DNA of 63,987 nt, filler included. It is 9 parts of 9 records of this genome, joined end to end, with 100 filler letters (N's around TTAATTAATTAA, not from the genome) between each part and the next. Parts side by side here need not be neighbours in the genome. Positions count along the whole stretch, not along the records: positions 29,154 to 40,588 come from DRR723986_22009; positions 40,689 to 51,563 come from DRR723986_22203; 7 more parts are not named here. One strand, given 5' to 3'. A model generated the notes under the pieces. It was not told the origin of the DNA. It worked only from the letters and a program-made list of their open reading frames with translations, and searched no databases. The translations under genes and the position numbers were made by a program. Every line of letters starts with the position of its first letter. The stretch's first letter is position 1. Positions 30,420 through 40,706 of the stretch are shown here, in pieces.

Positions 30420-31298
30420 CTACTCTTCCTCCCGCTGCAATTCCTTGCGCGCGCTTTCAATCAACTCGCGTTCCTGAGTGGCAACCCTCGGAAAATCGGG
30501 ACGCATCTCCGTCAAGGTGTTGAGCACAACCTCGCCAATCGCAAAACGCGCAAAGGGTTTGCTGTCAGCCGGAATCACAAACCAGGGAGCGCGTTCACAG
30601 CTGGTGTGTTTAATTGCCGCGGTGTAGGCGTGAATATAGTCGTCCCAAAACTTGCGCTCGCGGATATCGCTCGACGAGAACTTCCAGTGTTTTTCCTTGC
30701 GTTCGATACGCGAAAGGAAGCGTTGTTTTTGTTCTGCGCGCGACATATGCAGGAATATCTTAACAATATGTGTCCCGGTTTCAACCAGAATGCGTTCAAA
30801 CTGTCTGATTTGTTCGTAGCGGTCCAGCCAGAACTGTGATGTAATGTCTTCGGTCTTACTGATTCCCGGCATACGTTCAGCTAAGACAAGCTCGGGGTGC
30901 ACGCGCGATATAAGAACATTTTCATAATATGATCTGTTAAATATTGTGATATTGCCTTTCTGCGGCAGCTTGGAATAATGCCGCCACAGATAGTTGTATT
31001 CAAGCTCATTTGTGCTCGGATGTTTAAAACTCGAAACAGTCACACCTTGCGGGTTAACACCACTCATCAAGCGCCGGATCGTACTGTCTTTGCCCGAAGC
31101 ATCCATCCCCTGCAGGACAATCAGCAGCGACTGGCGGTTCTCGGCGTAGAGGCGGTACTGCAACTTGTCAATCAATCCCGTGCAGCGTTTAAGTGCCTGT
31201 TTAAGTACTCGGTCCTCTTTTTCGAAGGTTGGAGCTGTCGACCGGCTGGATAACTCAGGGTCGTGACCTTCGGCCACTTTAAATATTTCAGTATTCAT
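30420..31298 (-). CDS. ppk2: Polyphosphate kinase 2 family (likely class III)
   Basis: QGMDASGKD, GVNPQG, FNRSYYE, WKFSSSD and APWFVIPAD motifs. Confidence 0.92.
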   Translation of the reverse strand: MNTEIFKVAEGHDPELSSRSTAPTFEKEDRVLKQALKRCTGLIDKLQYRLYAENRQSLLIVLQGMDASGKDSTIRRLMSGVNPQGVTVSSFKHPSTNELEYNYLWRHYSKLPQKGNITIFNRSYYENVLISRVHPELVLAERMPGISKTEDITSQFWLDRYEQIRQFERILVETGTHIVKIFLHMSRAEQKQRFLSRIERKEKHWKFSSSDIRERKFWDDYIHAYTAAIKHTSCERAPWFVIPADSKPFARFAIGEVVLNTLTEMRPDFPRVATQERELIESARKELQREEE

Positions 31299-31571
31299 AC
31301 ACTGGACTCGCTAGACTTAACATAGATATTTGCGCGCATAATATGGCCCTTTGCCCCACCCCACAAGCCGATCCCAAACACAAGAATGTCACGTGCATGT
31401 CGGGGCGCAACAATTTTAACATTTCGGCACAAAAGCGGCAGCGGCAGAACCACAGGCGGCTCTATAGACTGCCGTACAACAATCTGCTGTAGATAATTGG
31501 CCGGCCTCTAAATACGCAAAATCGCGCAGAGATGCACAAATTCATAGATTTGCGCCTGCTGAAAGTATCGC

Positions 31572-33134
31572 TTGGCGAGACTTTTAATGTTATTCGGGCT
31601 TGCAATTCTTCTTATATTCATGGCTGGATCATCGTGCACCGGATCCAACAGTTCTTCGCTCACTAACATTTTGAGAATGGGAGATTCAATGCCGAACTCA
31701 TCAAGTATTACTGGCCCCAGCGCATGGTCCGTTGAAGGCACACGCCTGCTTCTGAACGGAGATGACATACATTTGAATGGCATGTGTTACTCGCCAACAC
31801 CCAAGAATTACGGCATCTTTACGCCGCAGATTGGCGACTGGTTTTACAATCAGACCGGCGCAATGTGGAGTAGTGAGAATCCGGATGATCGCGGCGACCT
31901 TAGCAAAATGCAGTCGCTGGGAATTAACCACCTGCGCACCTATTTCTGGTGGGTGTGGCAGTGGCCCAATCCGGACAAAGAAAACAGCACAGATTGGGTC
32001 AAACGCCGCGGCTGGAAAGACGCCGACGCTCCAACATTCGATCATAGCAAGTTTTTGGATGAATGCGCCAAAAATGGCATCCACGTCATGATTGGTCTGG
32101 CAGTTAACAGTGGGGACATTTTTGAGAGCGATCCTTCGCTGCGCCCGGCATTCCTGGAACTTTATGTTGACACCGCACGCGAAATTGGCAAAAGGTATGG
32201 TTCACATCCAGCTGTAATGGGCCTGTGTGTCGGCAATGAACAAAATCAGCCGGGGCGCAACTCGAAGCCTGAGTTCTGGGCTGGGCTGGCTCAAATGTCA
32301 CAGGCGTTTAAGAGTAGTGCCACGGACAAGTTAACGATGATTGCTTTCCAGAATGATGCAAATCTCTTTGATACCGTCGTCGACGGCACGCCTCTGCCGG
32401 AGCTGTTCGCACGTGACTATGAGCTCTACGGACTTAACATTTACGGCGACTTAACCGTCTCTCTGCAGAACTTTGACAATAAAGTTGTTAAAGCCAATGC
32501 CGGCAAATGGGCTTTACCACTTATTGTTAGCGAATGGGGTGTTGGCGGCGGCAAGAACTACGAGAACCCGAAGTATAACGACCCCACATTTAACTTTCCG
32601 AAAACGCGCAAAGTCCCTACGGCGAATGGCACCCAGGAAGTGCCAATTGGTCCGCTCGAAGGTCCGCCCTTCGGAATTGCGCTGGCACGCGAGTTTAACA
32701 GTTCTGAGTTTGACAGCGCCTGTGCCAATCTCAAGAAATACCACGGTCAGATCAAGGCCGCCGCAAGTTTTGTGGTTGGCTCCGAATACTTTGCGTGGTC
32801 GGATGAATGGTGGAAAAATACAACCGACCAGGGAATCATTGAAGCAATTGATAATGGTTCTCTAAAGCTCGATCAGTGGGGACGTTACGAATCTCCCTGG
32901 CCGATGCCACCCAATTATCAGGGCCTTGTGGAACATCGGATTCCAACGCGGATTACGGTTCAGGACGGCAGCGCCAGTCCGGACTGGCCCGAGGAATATT
33001 GGGGGCTGTTTGCCCTGGAATCGAACCCCAAAGGGCCGATTGGTTGGACACAATACGGCTACATGTACAATCCAGATGTACTGCGTGAGCGACCGACAGC
33101 ACAGGCATTAAAAGAGGCGTTTAGCACTGATTAG
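31572..33134 (+). CDS. Clan GH-A glycoside hydrolase (GH2/GH5-like TIM barrel), possible lipoprotein
   Basis: INHLRTY, VGNE (acid/base), VSEWG (nucleophile) and WSDEWWK. Hydrophobic N-terminus ending SSC if started at 31572/31587; alternative ATG at 31689. Confidence 0.75.
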   Translation: MARLLMLFGLAILLIFMAGSSCTGSNSSSLTNILRMGDSMPNSSSITGPSAWSVEGTRLLLNGDDIHLNGMCYSPTPKNYGIFTPQIGDWFYNQTGAMWSSENPDDRGDLSKMQSLGINHLRTYFWWVWQWPNPDKENSTDWVKRRGWKDADAPTFDHSKFLDECAKNGIHVMIGLAVNSGDIFESDPSLRPAFLELYVDTAREIGKRYGSHPAVMGLCVGNEQNQPGRNSKPEFWAGLAQMSQAFKSSATDKLTMIAFQNDANLFDTVVDGTPLPELFARDYELYGLNIYGDLTVSLQNFDNKVVKANAGKWALPLIVSEWGVGGGKNYENPKYNDPTFNFPKTRKVPTANGTQEVPIGPLEGPPFGIALAREFNSSEFDSACANLKKYHGQIKAAASFVVGSEYFAWSDEWWKNTTDQGIIEAIDNGSLKLDQWGRYESPWPMPPNYQGLVEHRIPTRITVQDGSASPDWPEEYWGLFALESNPKGPIGWTQYGYMYNPDVLRERPTAQALKEAFSTD

Positions 33135-33359
33135 TTAATTTCCCTGAGGGATTGACGAAATGATTAACGAAGTGTTTTTTGGGCTCACCGTGCCTATACT
33201 TGCGGTGGGCCCATGTTGTTTAATTAACTCATTGTGTTCTGCCGCACCCGCCGGAAATTTCAGCAAAACCATCTTGTTAGTCGCCGGTGTAGAAACAGCT
33301 AATCCAGCGAGCCCCAAGTCTTTTTGCCACTGATTCAAACAGCTAAGAATCATTAATGC

Positions 33360-33776
33360 CTAGCTCAGGCGCAGCTGCCGCAGGAAACGGAGTTGCATGA
33401 TAGCAAACACCGCAACCACAAGTGCTATGCCAGCCGTCAGCAACACTCCTGCCAGACTGAAGTCTATCAGCCCCAAGACTACAATCACAATACTCCCAGC
33501 CACCCAGGCAAAATCCTGAACTATGATCGACGAGACCAACAAGCCCGAAGGCCGCGCCGGCAAACTGACGGCCAGCACAAAAACGGCAAAAACCAACAAA
33601 CCAACAGCGACTGAGACTCCCCAGCCGACAGCCTCAGGACCGGAATTCAGCAACATGTGATTGAGAATCACTTCCGGAAACGTTAACATCACAAGTGCAT
33701 TTACTCCGCTAAAAGCCGCATTAATGCGTAGAGTATTGCGCAGTTTAGTCCGTAGCGTATCTTGCGCTTTTTGCAT
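33360..33776 (-). CDS. Hypothetical 4-TM membrane protein
   Basis: Four hydrophobic helices; NAAFS, D..WV.GS and FA..Q patterns. Confidence 0.75.
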   Translation of the reverse strand: MQKAQDTLRTKLRNTLRINAAFSGVNALVMLTFPEVILNHMLLNSGPEAVGWGVSVAVGLLVFAVFVLAVSLPARPSGLLVSSIIVQDFAWVAGSIVIVVLGLIDFSLAGVLLTAGIALVVAVFAIMQLRFLRQLRLS

Positions 33777-33814
33777 TTAATTGACTCCATGTACAAATTC
33801 TTGATTATCGCGCT

Positions 33815-34297
33815 TTAATTATTCGTATTGCGCGGCGCAGGTTTTGCGAGGACCTGCGTGGTGGCCAGTTCCTCGGCACGCTGTTTAAGTGCGCTGTTCA
33901 TAGCCGCAAATGCAGTTTTGAGTCCGCTGCCCATGCGGCGCAGCAGCCAGGGCGCCAGCACGCCGCTGAAGTCTTCCGCATGTGTCAGAAGTGTTGAGCC
34001 GTCGCTCTTGCGCTCCAAAACAAAGCGGTGTGTTCCATCAAAGATGCCCGGCAGCAACACGCGGCCGCGCCATTCAAGAATTGAATGTTCCTGGAAGCGA
34101 GTTACGCGCGGCCTAAAACCTTGTGTGCCGCCCATCGGCGAGTTAATCTGGACCCGGAGTTTAGCTCCCTGCACGGCCTGGCCTTGTATCTGGCGGATAA
34201 ATGGGTTCCAGTCTGGATAACGCTCGAAGTCGAGCAGAACCTTCCAGACTATTGCCGGGTCGGCCTGAATATAACATTCGCTGTGAACTGTATGCAT
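33815..34297 (-). CDS. SRPBCC/polyketide cyclase-like domain protein
   Basis: VWKVLLDFERYPDWNPF, PGIFDGTHRF and MNSALKQRAE. Confidence 0.88.
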   Translation of the reverse strand: MHTVHSECYIQADPAIVWKVLLDFERYPDWNPFIRQIQGQAVQGAKLRVQINSPMGGTQGFRPRVTRFQEHSILEWRGRVLLPGIFDGTHRFVLERKSDGSTLLTHAEDFSGVLAPWLLRRMGSGLKTAFAAMNSALKQRAEELATTQVLAKPAPRNTNN

Positions 34298-34428
34298 CGT
34301 CTGATTTCCGCGTATTGTTTGTTTCTGTTAACTGATTACAAGTTAGCTCAACCCGGCCGCAGGCGGCAATCACTATACGCCAATCAATTGTCATTTTGCG
34401 CCACGCCCAAAAGTCGGTATTTTGCGGC

Positions 34429-35445
34429 ATGACTTTTAGCGCACGATTTGTACTGAACCTGATCAATGTAGCTGCTGAGCGCGGCGCCCGCCGGCAATAC
34501 CTGCTGGACCTGACAACTATTCCGGCCGGCAGCCTGCCGGATGACGACTTCAGGATTAGTGTTGAGCTTTACAATCGATTCATAGCCGCAGCGCTGCAGG
34601 AATGCGCGGATCCTCTCTTTGGGCTGCATGCCGGCGAGAGTCTAAACATTGGCGCGGCTGGACTCATAGCCCAAATTGTGCAGTCCAGCGCCACGGTGCG
34701 CCAGGCGCTGGAAGCCTGCTGTGAATTTGCATTGCTCGGCTGCCGTGCCCTGCCGATGCAGCTGCATGAAAAGCAGGAAGGCGTATTTGTCTCCGTCACT
34801 CCCGATCCACTTTGGCTGCGGACTGCTCCGGAGGCAGTTAAACAAACTATTGATGGTGTACTGGCTTTCACCTTGCGTGAATATCAATCGCTTGTGCATT
34901 TTAAACATCGGCCCCTGGCTTTGCATTTGCGTGGTGCCGCGCCCAAAAATACAGCCGAATATCAAAGAATTTTCGCCTGTCCGCTCGTGTTTAATGCTGA
35001 GGTCGACGGGCTGCTCCTGCCGCATGAGATGGTCAGGCAGCCAATTGACAGCGCCAACTATGAATTGTTAATCCTGCTTGTTAAGTTTGCCCAAGAAAAG
35101 ATTGCGAGCATTGACCAGGTTAATGACTTTGAGCCACGCGTACGCAATGCAATTTTGAGCCTGATGCAGCCGCAGCTGCCAAGTGTAGATGCAGTCGCCG
35201 CGCACCTAAATGTGAGTGTCAGGACGCTGCAACGCCGCCTAAAAGAACAGCAGTCGAGCTTTAGAGCCGTGCTGGAGAACTTGCGTGACGACTTTGCGCT
35301 GCAATACCTGCGCAAACCCGACCTGGCCGTCGCCGAAGTAGCCGACCTGCTGCAGTACACCGACACGGCCAACTTCACACGCGCCTTTAAACGCCGCCAC
35401 AACTTAACACCAACGCAGTGGCGCAAACAGCAGCGCGTTACATAA
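34429..35445 (+). CDS. AraC-family regulator (OruR-like, ligand-binding N-terminus)
   Basis: C-terminal HTH SVRTLQRRL...VADLLQY...NFTRAFKR...TP; divergent from the SRPBCC and membrane genes. Confidence 0.9.
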   Translation: MTFSARFVLNLINVAAERGARRQYLLDLTTIPAGSLPDDDFRISVELYNRFIAAALQECADPLFGLHAGESLNIGAAGLIAQIVQSSATVRQALEACCEFALLGCRALPMQLHEKQEGVFVSVTPDPLWLRTAPEAVKQTIDGVLAFTLREYQSLVHFKHRPLALHLRGAAPKNTAEYQRIFACPLVFNAEVDGLLLPHEMVRQPIDSANYELLILLVKFAQEKIASIDQVNDFEPRVRNAILSLMQPQLPSVDAVAAHLNVSVRTLQRRLKEQQSSFRAVLENLRDDFALQYLRKPDLAVAEVADLLQYTDTANFTRAFKRRHNLTPTQWRKQQRVT

Positions 35446-35832
35446 ACAAATGCCCTGCCGGCTTCTACGCCCGCTGAATCCCTGAAAGTGACTTCTCCAA
35501 TCGCAGCTGCAAGGCTCAACCGTGGTGCAGCCTGCCGAAGACAATAATCAAAGAATTGGCATGCACCTGCTTTTGCGGTTCTTGGACGCTTCCGGGCGAC
35601 AGTAATCTATTTCAGTCTGTGTTGGGGATGATTTTTTGCATTACTGTGGGCCAGGCCTGTCGCTGGGTTCAGGTGATTTGGGTGCAGAGCAGCAACGAAT
35701 TGGGGCTGGGACTGGAATGCTGGGGCCTATCGTAGAGACTTGGAGTTTGGCGCTCAAGGACAAACAAGAAGCTCAAAAAGCGAGCCTGATGTCATCAGCG
35801 GGCGCTGCAATCCAGCAAACAAGGCCACAAAC

Positions 35833-35861
35833 TTGACATAGGCGGGACATATCGGTATCTT
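35833..35861 (+). promoter_or_regulatory. sigma70-type promoter
   Basis: TTGACA-N17-TATCTT. Confidence 0.6.
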
Positions 35862-35936
35862 TCGGCACTGCAAGGAGCCCGAGATCAGGGAAAATTCCCG
35901 GCAGAAAAACGACCGGCACCATCCCCCCCCAAAAAG

Positions 35937-35979
35937 TGCTGGAACACGATGCATGCTGGAACATGATGCGTGCTGGAAC
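35937..35979. repeat. 17-bp tandem repeat, 2.5 copies
   Basis: TGCTGGAACACGATGCA / TGCTGGAACATGATGCG / TGCTGGAAC. Confidence 0.8.
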
Positions 35980-36102
35980 TTAACAAGTGCTCGACTACAC
36001 GTACGTCAACAGGCAATGGGTATGATTCTAAGGTTTAGGCCGAACATGCCAGATGTTGCCTTCCTTGCCACCTGAACTAGCCGAGAGATATCAGGAAATA
36101 CA

Positions 36103-38394
36103 ATGCACATTCTCTATTCCTTTACCTGCGCAGTACTATTAATATTTGGCTGCGCCGTTAACACGCTTGGGGCCACCGACAGCTACGTTTTTGGCCTGGA
36201 GACAGATGATGGGCGAACTTTCGAAAATGACGCGCTAAAATTTGTAGGGCTTAACGTTAGCACCGGCAACTTTGAGATACTGAACAACGCCGCGCCGCCG
36301 TTTTCGCAATTTGACCATATCCAGAATACTGCGATTGACACACGCAATCAACGCTACACTTATATCAGCTCCAATGGTATAGTAACTAGTCTGGATATGT
36401 ACACTGGAAACATAATTGTTGGTGGAATAACTATCCCGGGCAAACTTCAGGGCCTGCAATATGACCCGGTCTCACATCGCTATTATGCGATTCAGTTGCT
36501 TGGGCCGTACCGCTTCATTTCAATGGACCCCGAAACGTTTGAAATCAGTATCATCATTGAGCACGATATTAATAGTGACTTAAGTTCTGTGGGTGTATCG
36601 GCGGGAATTGATGTTGATCGTAGAACGTACATCATCCAAAATGCACTTGGAAAATTTGTTAGCCTGGATCTCAACACGGGCGAGCAGGTAAGTGTAGTTC
36701 GTTACTCGGAACAACTGTATTTTGCGGAATACAACTCAGCCGATGGCTTAATTTATGGACTGCATCGGATATTAGGCCGCTACATTAAACTCGTCTCAGT
36801 CGATCCGCTTTCGGGTACTGAAGTTGTTCTGAAAGATTACACCAATCAACCACTTACGGCATTAGCGCTTAAACACTCAGTAGGCATTCACGCTGAAAGT
36901 AACATATATTATATTGGAACTGCTGAAGGCCTTCTGGCGATTGACCTTTCGTCCCTGGAAGCTCAAAACGTTCCGGGGCTGGAGCGACGAACATTTGACG
37001 GTCTCTGTGTTTTACCCGGCGACCGCAAAGTCCAACTACTTAACGGTCAATTCTTTGCGGACTTTGGCGGAAATTGTGTACTGGATGATGACGACAGCGA
37101 GCTCAGCAAACAAACTCTACTCATAAACCCGATTGGGAAACGCATTTACAGCCGGGCCGATGGATCATTTAAAACACCTCTACCATACGGCGAGTATGAA
37201 GTCGTTCCGACACCAATATATCCCTGGGCTTTTGAATGTGAATTTGACCCACAAACAATTATTGTTAACGAAGAAGGCATAACAGTCAGCAACCTGGAAG
37301 TACCGCTCTATCCAGAAGTTCTGTTACATCGCCTGGACCTGAGCATTGCCGGCTCGGTGTTAACAGTTGGGCGCACGACGCGCTATTACATTGAAGTACA
37401 TAACAGCGGCACTGTTGCATATACCGGAACTGTGCAGTTCAGGCATGACGAGCGCATGCTGTTCGAAAGCAGCCAACCGGAGTTTAGCGCATACGATGGC
37501 CAACTGGGTGAATTTGAAATAGTTCAGATGCCGATAGGTGCCAGCGAAACATTCACAGTCGACATGCGTGTTCCGCCTGAAGAAGAGTTAAGGGGCGTGA
37601 CCATCTGTGCAAGAGTCGATCTAAAGGAAAAACGCACAGACCTGCTTGCGCAGTACGAAGATGATGAGTTTTGTGGTCTAATTCGCGGTCCCTACGATCC
37701 GAATGATATCGCCGTTGAGCCGGCCGGGCTGGGTGAGCGCGGTTTTATTAACAGGGATGTTGCGACTTTAACTTATACGATTCGTTTTCAAAACATCGGT
37801 AGTGCGCCGGCACAGGACGTTGTGATTTTGGATACACTGGACGAGGATCTGGACATCAGCAAACTGCACTTTGGCGCGGGTTCACATCCCTACAGCGCAA
37901 GCCTCCTGAAGAACAACATCCTGGAGTTTCGTTTTGAGAACATCAATTTACCCGGCAAAATGGTTGACGAGTTGGGCAGCCAGGGTGTCATTAAATATGA
38001 CATTGACTTAAACAAGTCTCTCGCACTCGACACAGAAATCTCAAACAGCGCAGCAATCTATTTTGACTTCAACAAACCTGTGATTACCAACACGGTACTT
38101 AACACAATTGGTGAAGCAATAACGGATGTGGCCGCTGTTGATCGATATGATGACGAGCTTGAGCTGCGCTCGCTCGATAAAGGCCATTTTGTTTTGCAAG
38201 GATCCACAGGCCGGGAATCATTGAGCGGACGTCTGAGCGTACATTCGATTCTGGGCACGACGGTTTATGCGCAGGCTCTGGAGAATGTGAGCAGCGTAGC
38301 GATTGACCTTAGTTCGCTGGTGAGCGGACGATATCTGCTGCGCCTGGAGGCACCCGGAGAAACATTTGTTACGTCACTGGTGATTATGCCTTGA
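36103..38394 (+). CDS. Secreted beta-propeller + Ig-like (GPYDPND) protein with T9SS type A-like CTD
   Basis: Signal peptide, propeller-like repeats, GPYDPND...YTIRFQN.G...A.IYFDFN.P.ITN module, and CTD-like HSILG...IDLSSLVSGRYLLRL. Confidence 0.8.
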   Translation: MHILYSFTCAVLLIFGCAVNTLGATDSYVFGLETDDGRTFENDALKFVGLNVSTGNFEILNNAAPPFSQFDHIQNTAIDTRNQRYTYISSNGIVTSLDMYTGNIIVGGITIPGKLQGLQYDPVSHRYYAIQLLGPYRFISMDPETFEISIIIEHDINSDLSSVGVSAGIDVDRRTYIIQNALGKFVSLDLNTGEQVSVVRYSEQLYFAEYNSADGLIYGLHRILGRYIKLVSVDPLSGTEVVLKDYTNQPLTALALKHSVGIHAESNIYYIGTAEGLLAIDLSSLEAQNVPGLERRTFDGLCVLPGDRKVQLLNGQFFADFGGNCVLDDDDSELSKQTLLINPIGKRIYSRADGSFKTPLPYGEYEVVPTPIYPWAFECEFDPQTIIVNEEGITVSNLEVPLYPEVLLHRLDLSIAGSVLTVGRTTRYYIEVHNSGTVAYTGTVQFRHDERMLFESSQPEFSAYDGQLGEFEIVQMPIGASETFTVDMRVPPEEELRGVTICARVDLKEKRTDLLAQYEDDEFCGLIRGPYDPNDIAVEPAGLGERGFINRDVATLTYTIRFQNIGSAPAQDVVILDTLDEDLDISKLHFGAGSHPYSASLLKNNILEFRFENINLPGKMVDELGSQGVIKYDIDLNKSLALDTEISNSAAIYFDFNKPVITNTVLNTIGEAITDVAAVDRYDDELELRSLDKGHFVLQGSTGRESLSGRLSVHSILGTTVYAQALENVSSVAIDLSSLVSGRYLLRLEAPGETFVTSLVIMP

Positions 38395-38510
38395 TGGCGC
38401 AATATCAGGCGCTCGTGTTTTGCACAGTGAGGCAGACCAGAAGGCCTGCCAATTTGGATCCAAATTTTTTTGGCTGCTAAACTACTGGCACTGGAAATAA
38501 GAGCATCCCA

Positions 38511-40588
38511 ATGAAAATACATTATACACTCGTTTGTTTTTTGCTTTTGTTTGTCTGCAGCATTAGCGGCGCTGCAATCGCACAAGAAAGTGTCATTTAT
38601 GGATTGCTTTCAGATCCGGACTGGGAAACGCAGCGTACAGACGATCAATTTATCAGATTGAATTTTGTGACCGGTGAGTACACGGTGGTAAATACCATTC
38701 CGTTTAACACCAGCATCTATGGCAACCAGCCTTCCACCATAGACATACGCAACCAGCGCATTACCTTTCATTCTATATTGGGGAGGATCACCAGTGTTGA
38801 CATAAGCACTGGCGAAGTGACGGGCAAAAATTCCTGGTCCCAACGCGGAATTGTGGGTTTGCACTATAACCCAATGACACATCGCTATTATGCGCTGCAG
38901 TATGGTGACCAACTCAGGTTTATCGCGATCGACCCTGATAGTTATGCCCTTGAAATTGTTAAGGAGTACGAGGCAAGTAAAGAACCTTTTGCAGGACGTG
39001 TAACCTGCATGAATGTTAGGGCTGGGCTTTATTACGTGATAACTAGAGGAAACTACATTTCCAGCGTTAATGTTCTCACTGGAGAAGTTGTCAACACGGT
39101 AGCCTGTCAACTAAATTTTGGGCAAGCCCAGTTTAATGCAGCTGATGGTTTGATTTACGGCTTGCATGTTGACTCAGGCCAGAATGAGGACTTGATTTCG
39201 GCAAACCCGCGCACAGGTGAGATCCAGGTGCTGAAAGAGAACATCATTAACGAAAAGTTAAATAGTTATTCATCTATCTCTGGAGGAATTCACCATGCCA
39301 CGAACACCTATCTGGTGGGAAGGAATTATGGATTATTGGCGATTGACCTGAACACTCTAGAGGTACGCAAGTTTTCGCTGCCGGAAACGCTTAGATTTTG
39401 CTGTGCCTCCCTGCCAAATGCAGTGGGTGATTTCCAGCAGTTAAACGGGCGAGTTATTGCGGATCTAAACCAGAATTGTGAAGCTGATGCCAACGAGTAT
39501 TCAGTCGGCAGGCAGACCGTCGTCTTACAACCGCTGGGCATGCGCATGTACAGTCGCGCGGACGGAACAATTTCGAGCACAATACCTTACGGTGAGTACA
39601 GCGTTGAGACACTGCCGGCCTGGCCCTGGCGCGTTGATTGTGAACCTACGCCGACCCGTATTATCGCCAATGACGATGGCATTAATGTTAACAAGCTAAC
39701 GATCCCACTGACCCCCGAGTCTTTGTTTGAACGTCTGGACGTGAGCATTGCCGGCGGCGCGCACATCGTAGGCCGTCTGGTGCGTTTCCACGTTGAGGTC
39801 TTTAACAGCGGAACACTTCCATACAGCGGCACAGCGCAGTTCACACATGATAACAGACTGGAGTTGTTAACCAGCCACCCGGAACTTTCAGCTTACACGT
39901 TAAACAGCGGCGATTTTTTGATCGAGGATCTGGCGGTAGGCGCCGGCCTGACCTTTGTGGTTGACATGCGAGTTCCGCCGGATGAAGATTTACTGGGCAA
40001 ACAGTTTTGCACCAGCGTAGAGCTGAAGGAAGGCGCTGTTGATATCCTGGCGACACACTCCAGCGACGAAATTTGCGAGCAGGTGCGTGGCCCTTATGAT
40101 CCAAATGATATGGCCGTCTCTCCTGTCGGTTTTGGCGAGAGCGGCGAGATAGACAATGAGATTACGACTTTAACTTATACGGTGCGCTTCCAGAATACCG
40201 GAGATGCTCCGGCCCGCGACGTTGTCATCTTAAATCGTTTGGATGCGGACCTGGATGTTAACACCATACATTTTGGTGCGGCCTCACACCCTTACAGCGT
40301 GAGTTTGATGGCCGGCGATTTATTGGAGTTTCGCTTTAACGGAATTGAGTTACCTGGAAAACAAGCCGACGAAGCTGGTAGTCAGGGCGTCCTCAAGTAC
40401 AGCATCGACTTAAACGAAGACCTGGCGCGCGGCACGGAGATCCACAATCGCGCTTCAATTTATTTCGATTTTAACAAGCCGATTATCACCAACACGGTTC
40501 TTAACACAATCGGCGAAGCCATTACGGATGTAGTTGACATTGCGGCTTGGGGCGGCAGTGACGAGCTTGAGCTGCGCTCGCTCGCTAA
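38511..40588 (+). CDS. Paralog of 36103-38394, 3'-truncated
   Basis: Same domain order; shared YSRADG..PYGEY, VDMRVPP, GPYDPND and NTIGEAITDV..DELELRSL. Confidence 0.85.
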
Positions 40589-40688
40589 NNNNNNNNNNNN
40601 NNNNNNNNNNNNNNNNNNNNNNNNNNNNNNNNTTAATTAATTAANNNNNNNNNNNNNNNNNNNNNNNNNNNNNNNNNNNNNNNNNNNN
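40589..40688. other. Artificial contig spacer 6
   Basis: N-run with TTAATTAATTAA. Confidence 0.99.
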
Positions 40689-40706
40689 AAAGCTGTTAGC
40701 CTAAGG

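Noticed and set aside
33135..33353. 72-aa minus-strand ORF after the membrane protein gene
   Set aside because: No RBS or motif; cannot be supported as coding.
35937..35979. Possible mini-CRISPR
   Set aside because: Head-to-tail 17-bp repeats without spacers; no cas genes.
38040..40588. DGR template/variable repeat pair
   Set aside because: Both copies are coding, differences look mostly synonymous rather than adenine-specific, and no reverse transcriptase is present.
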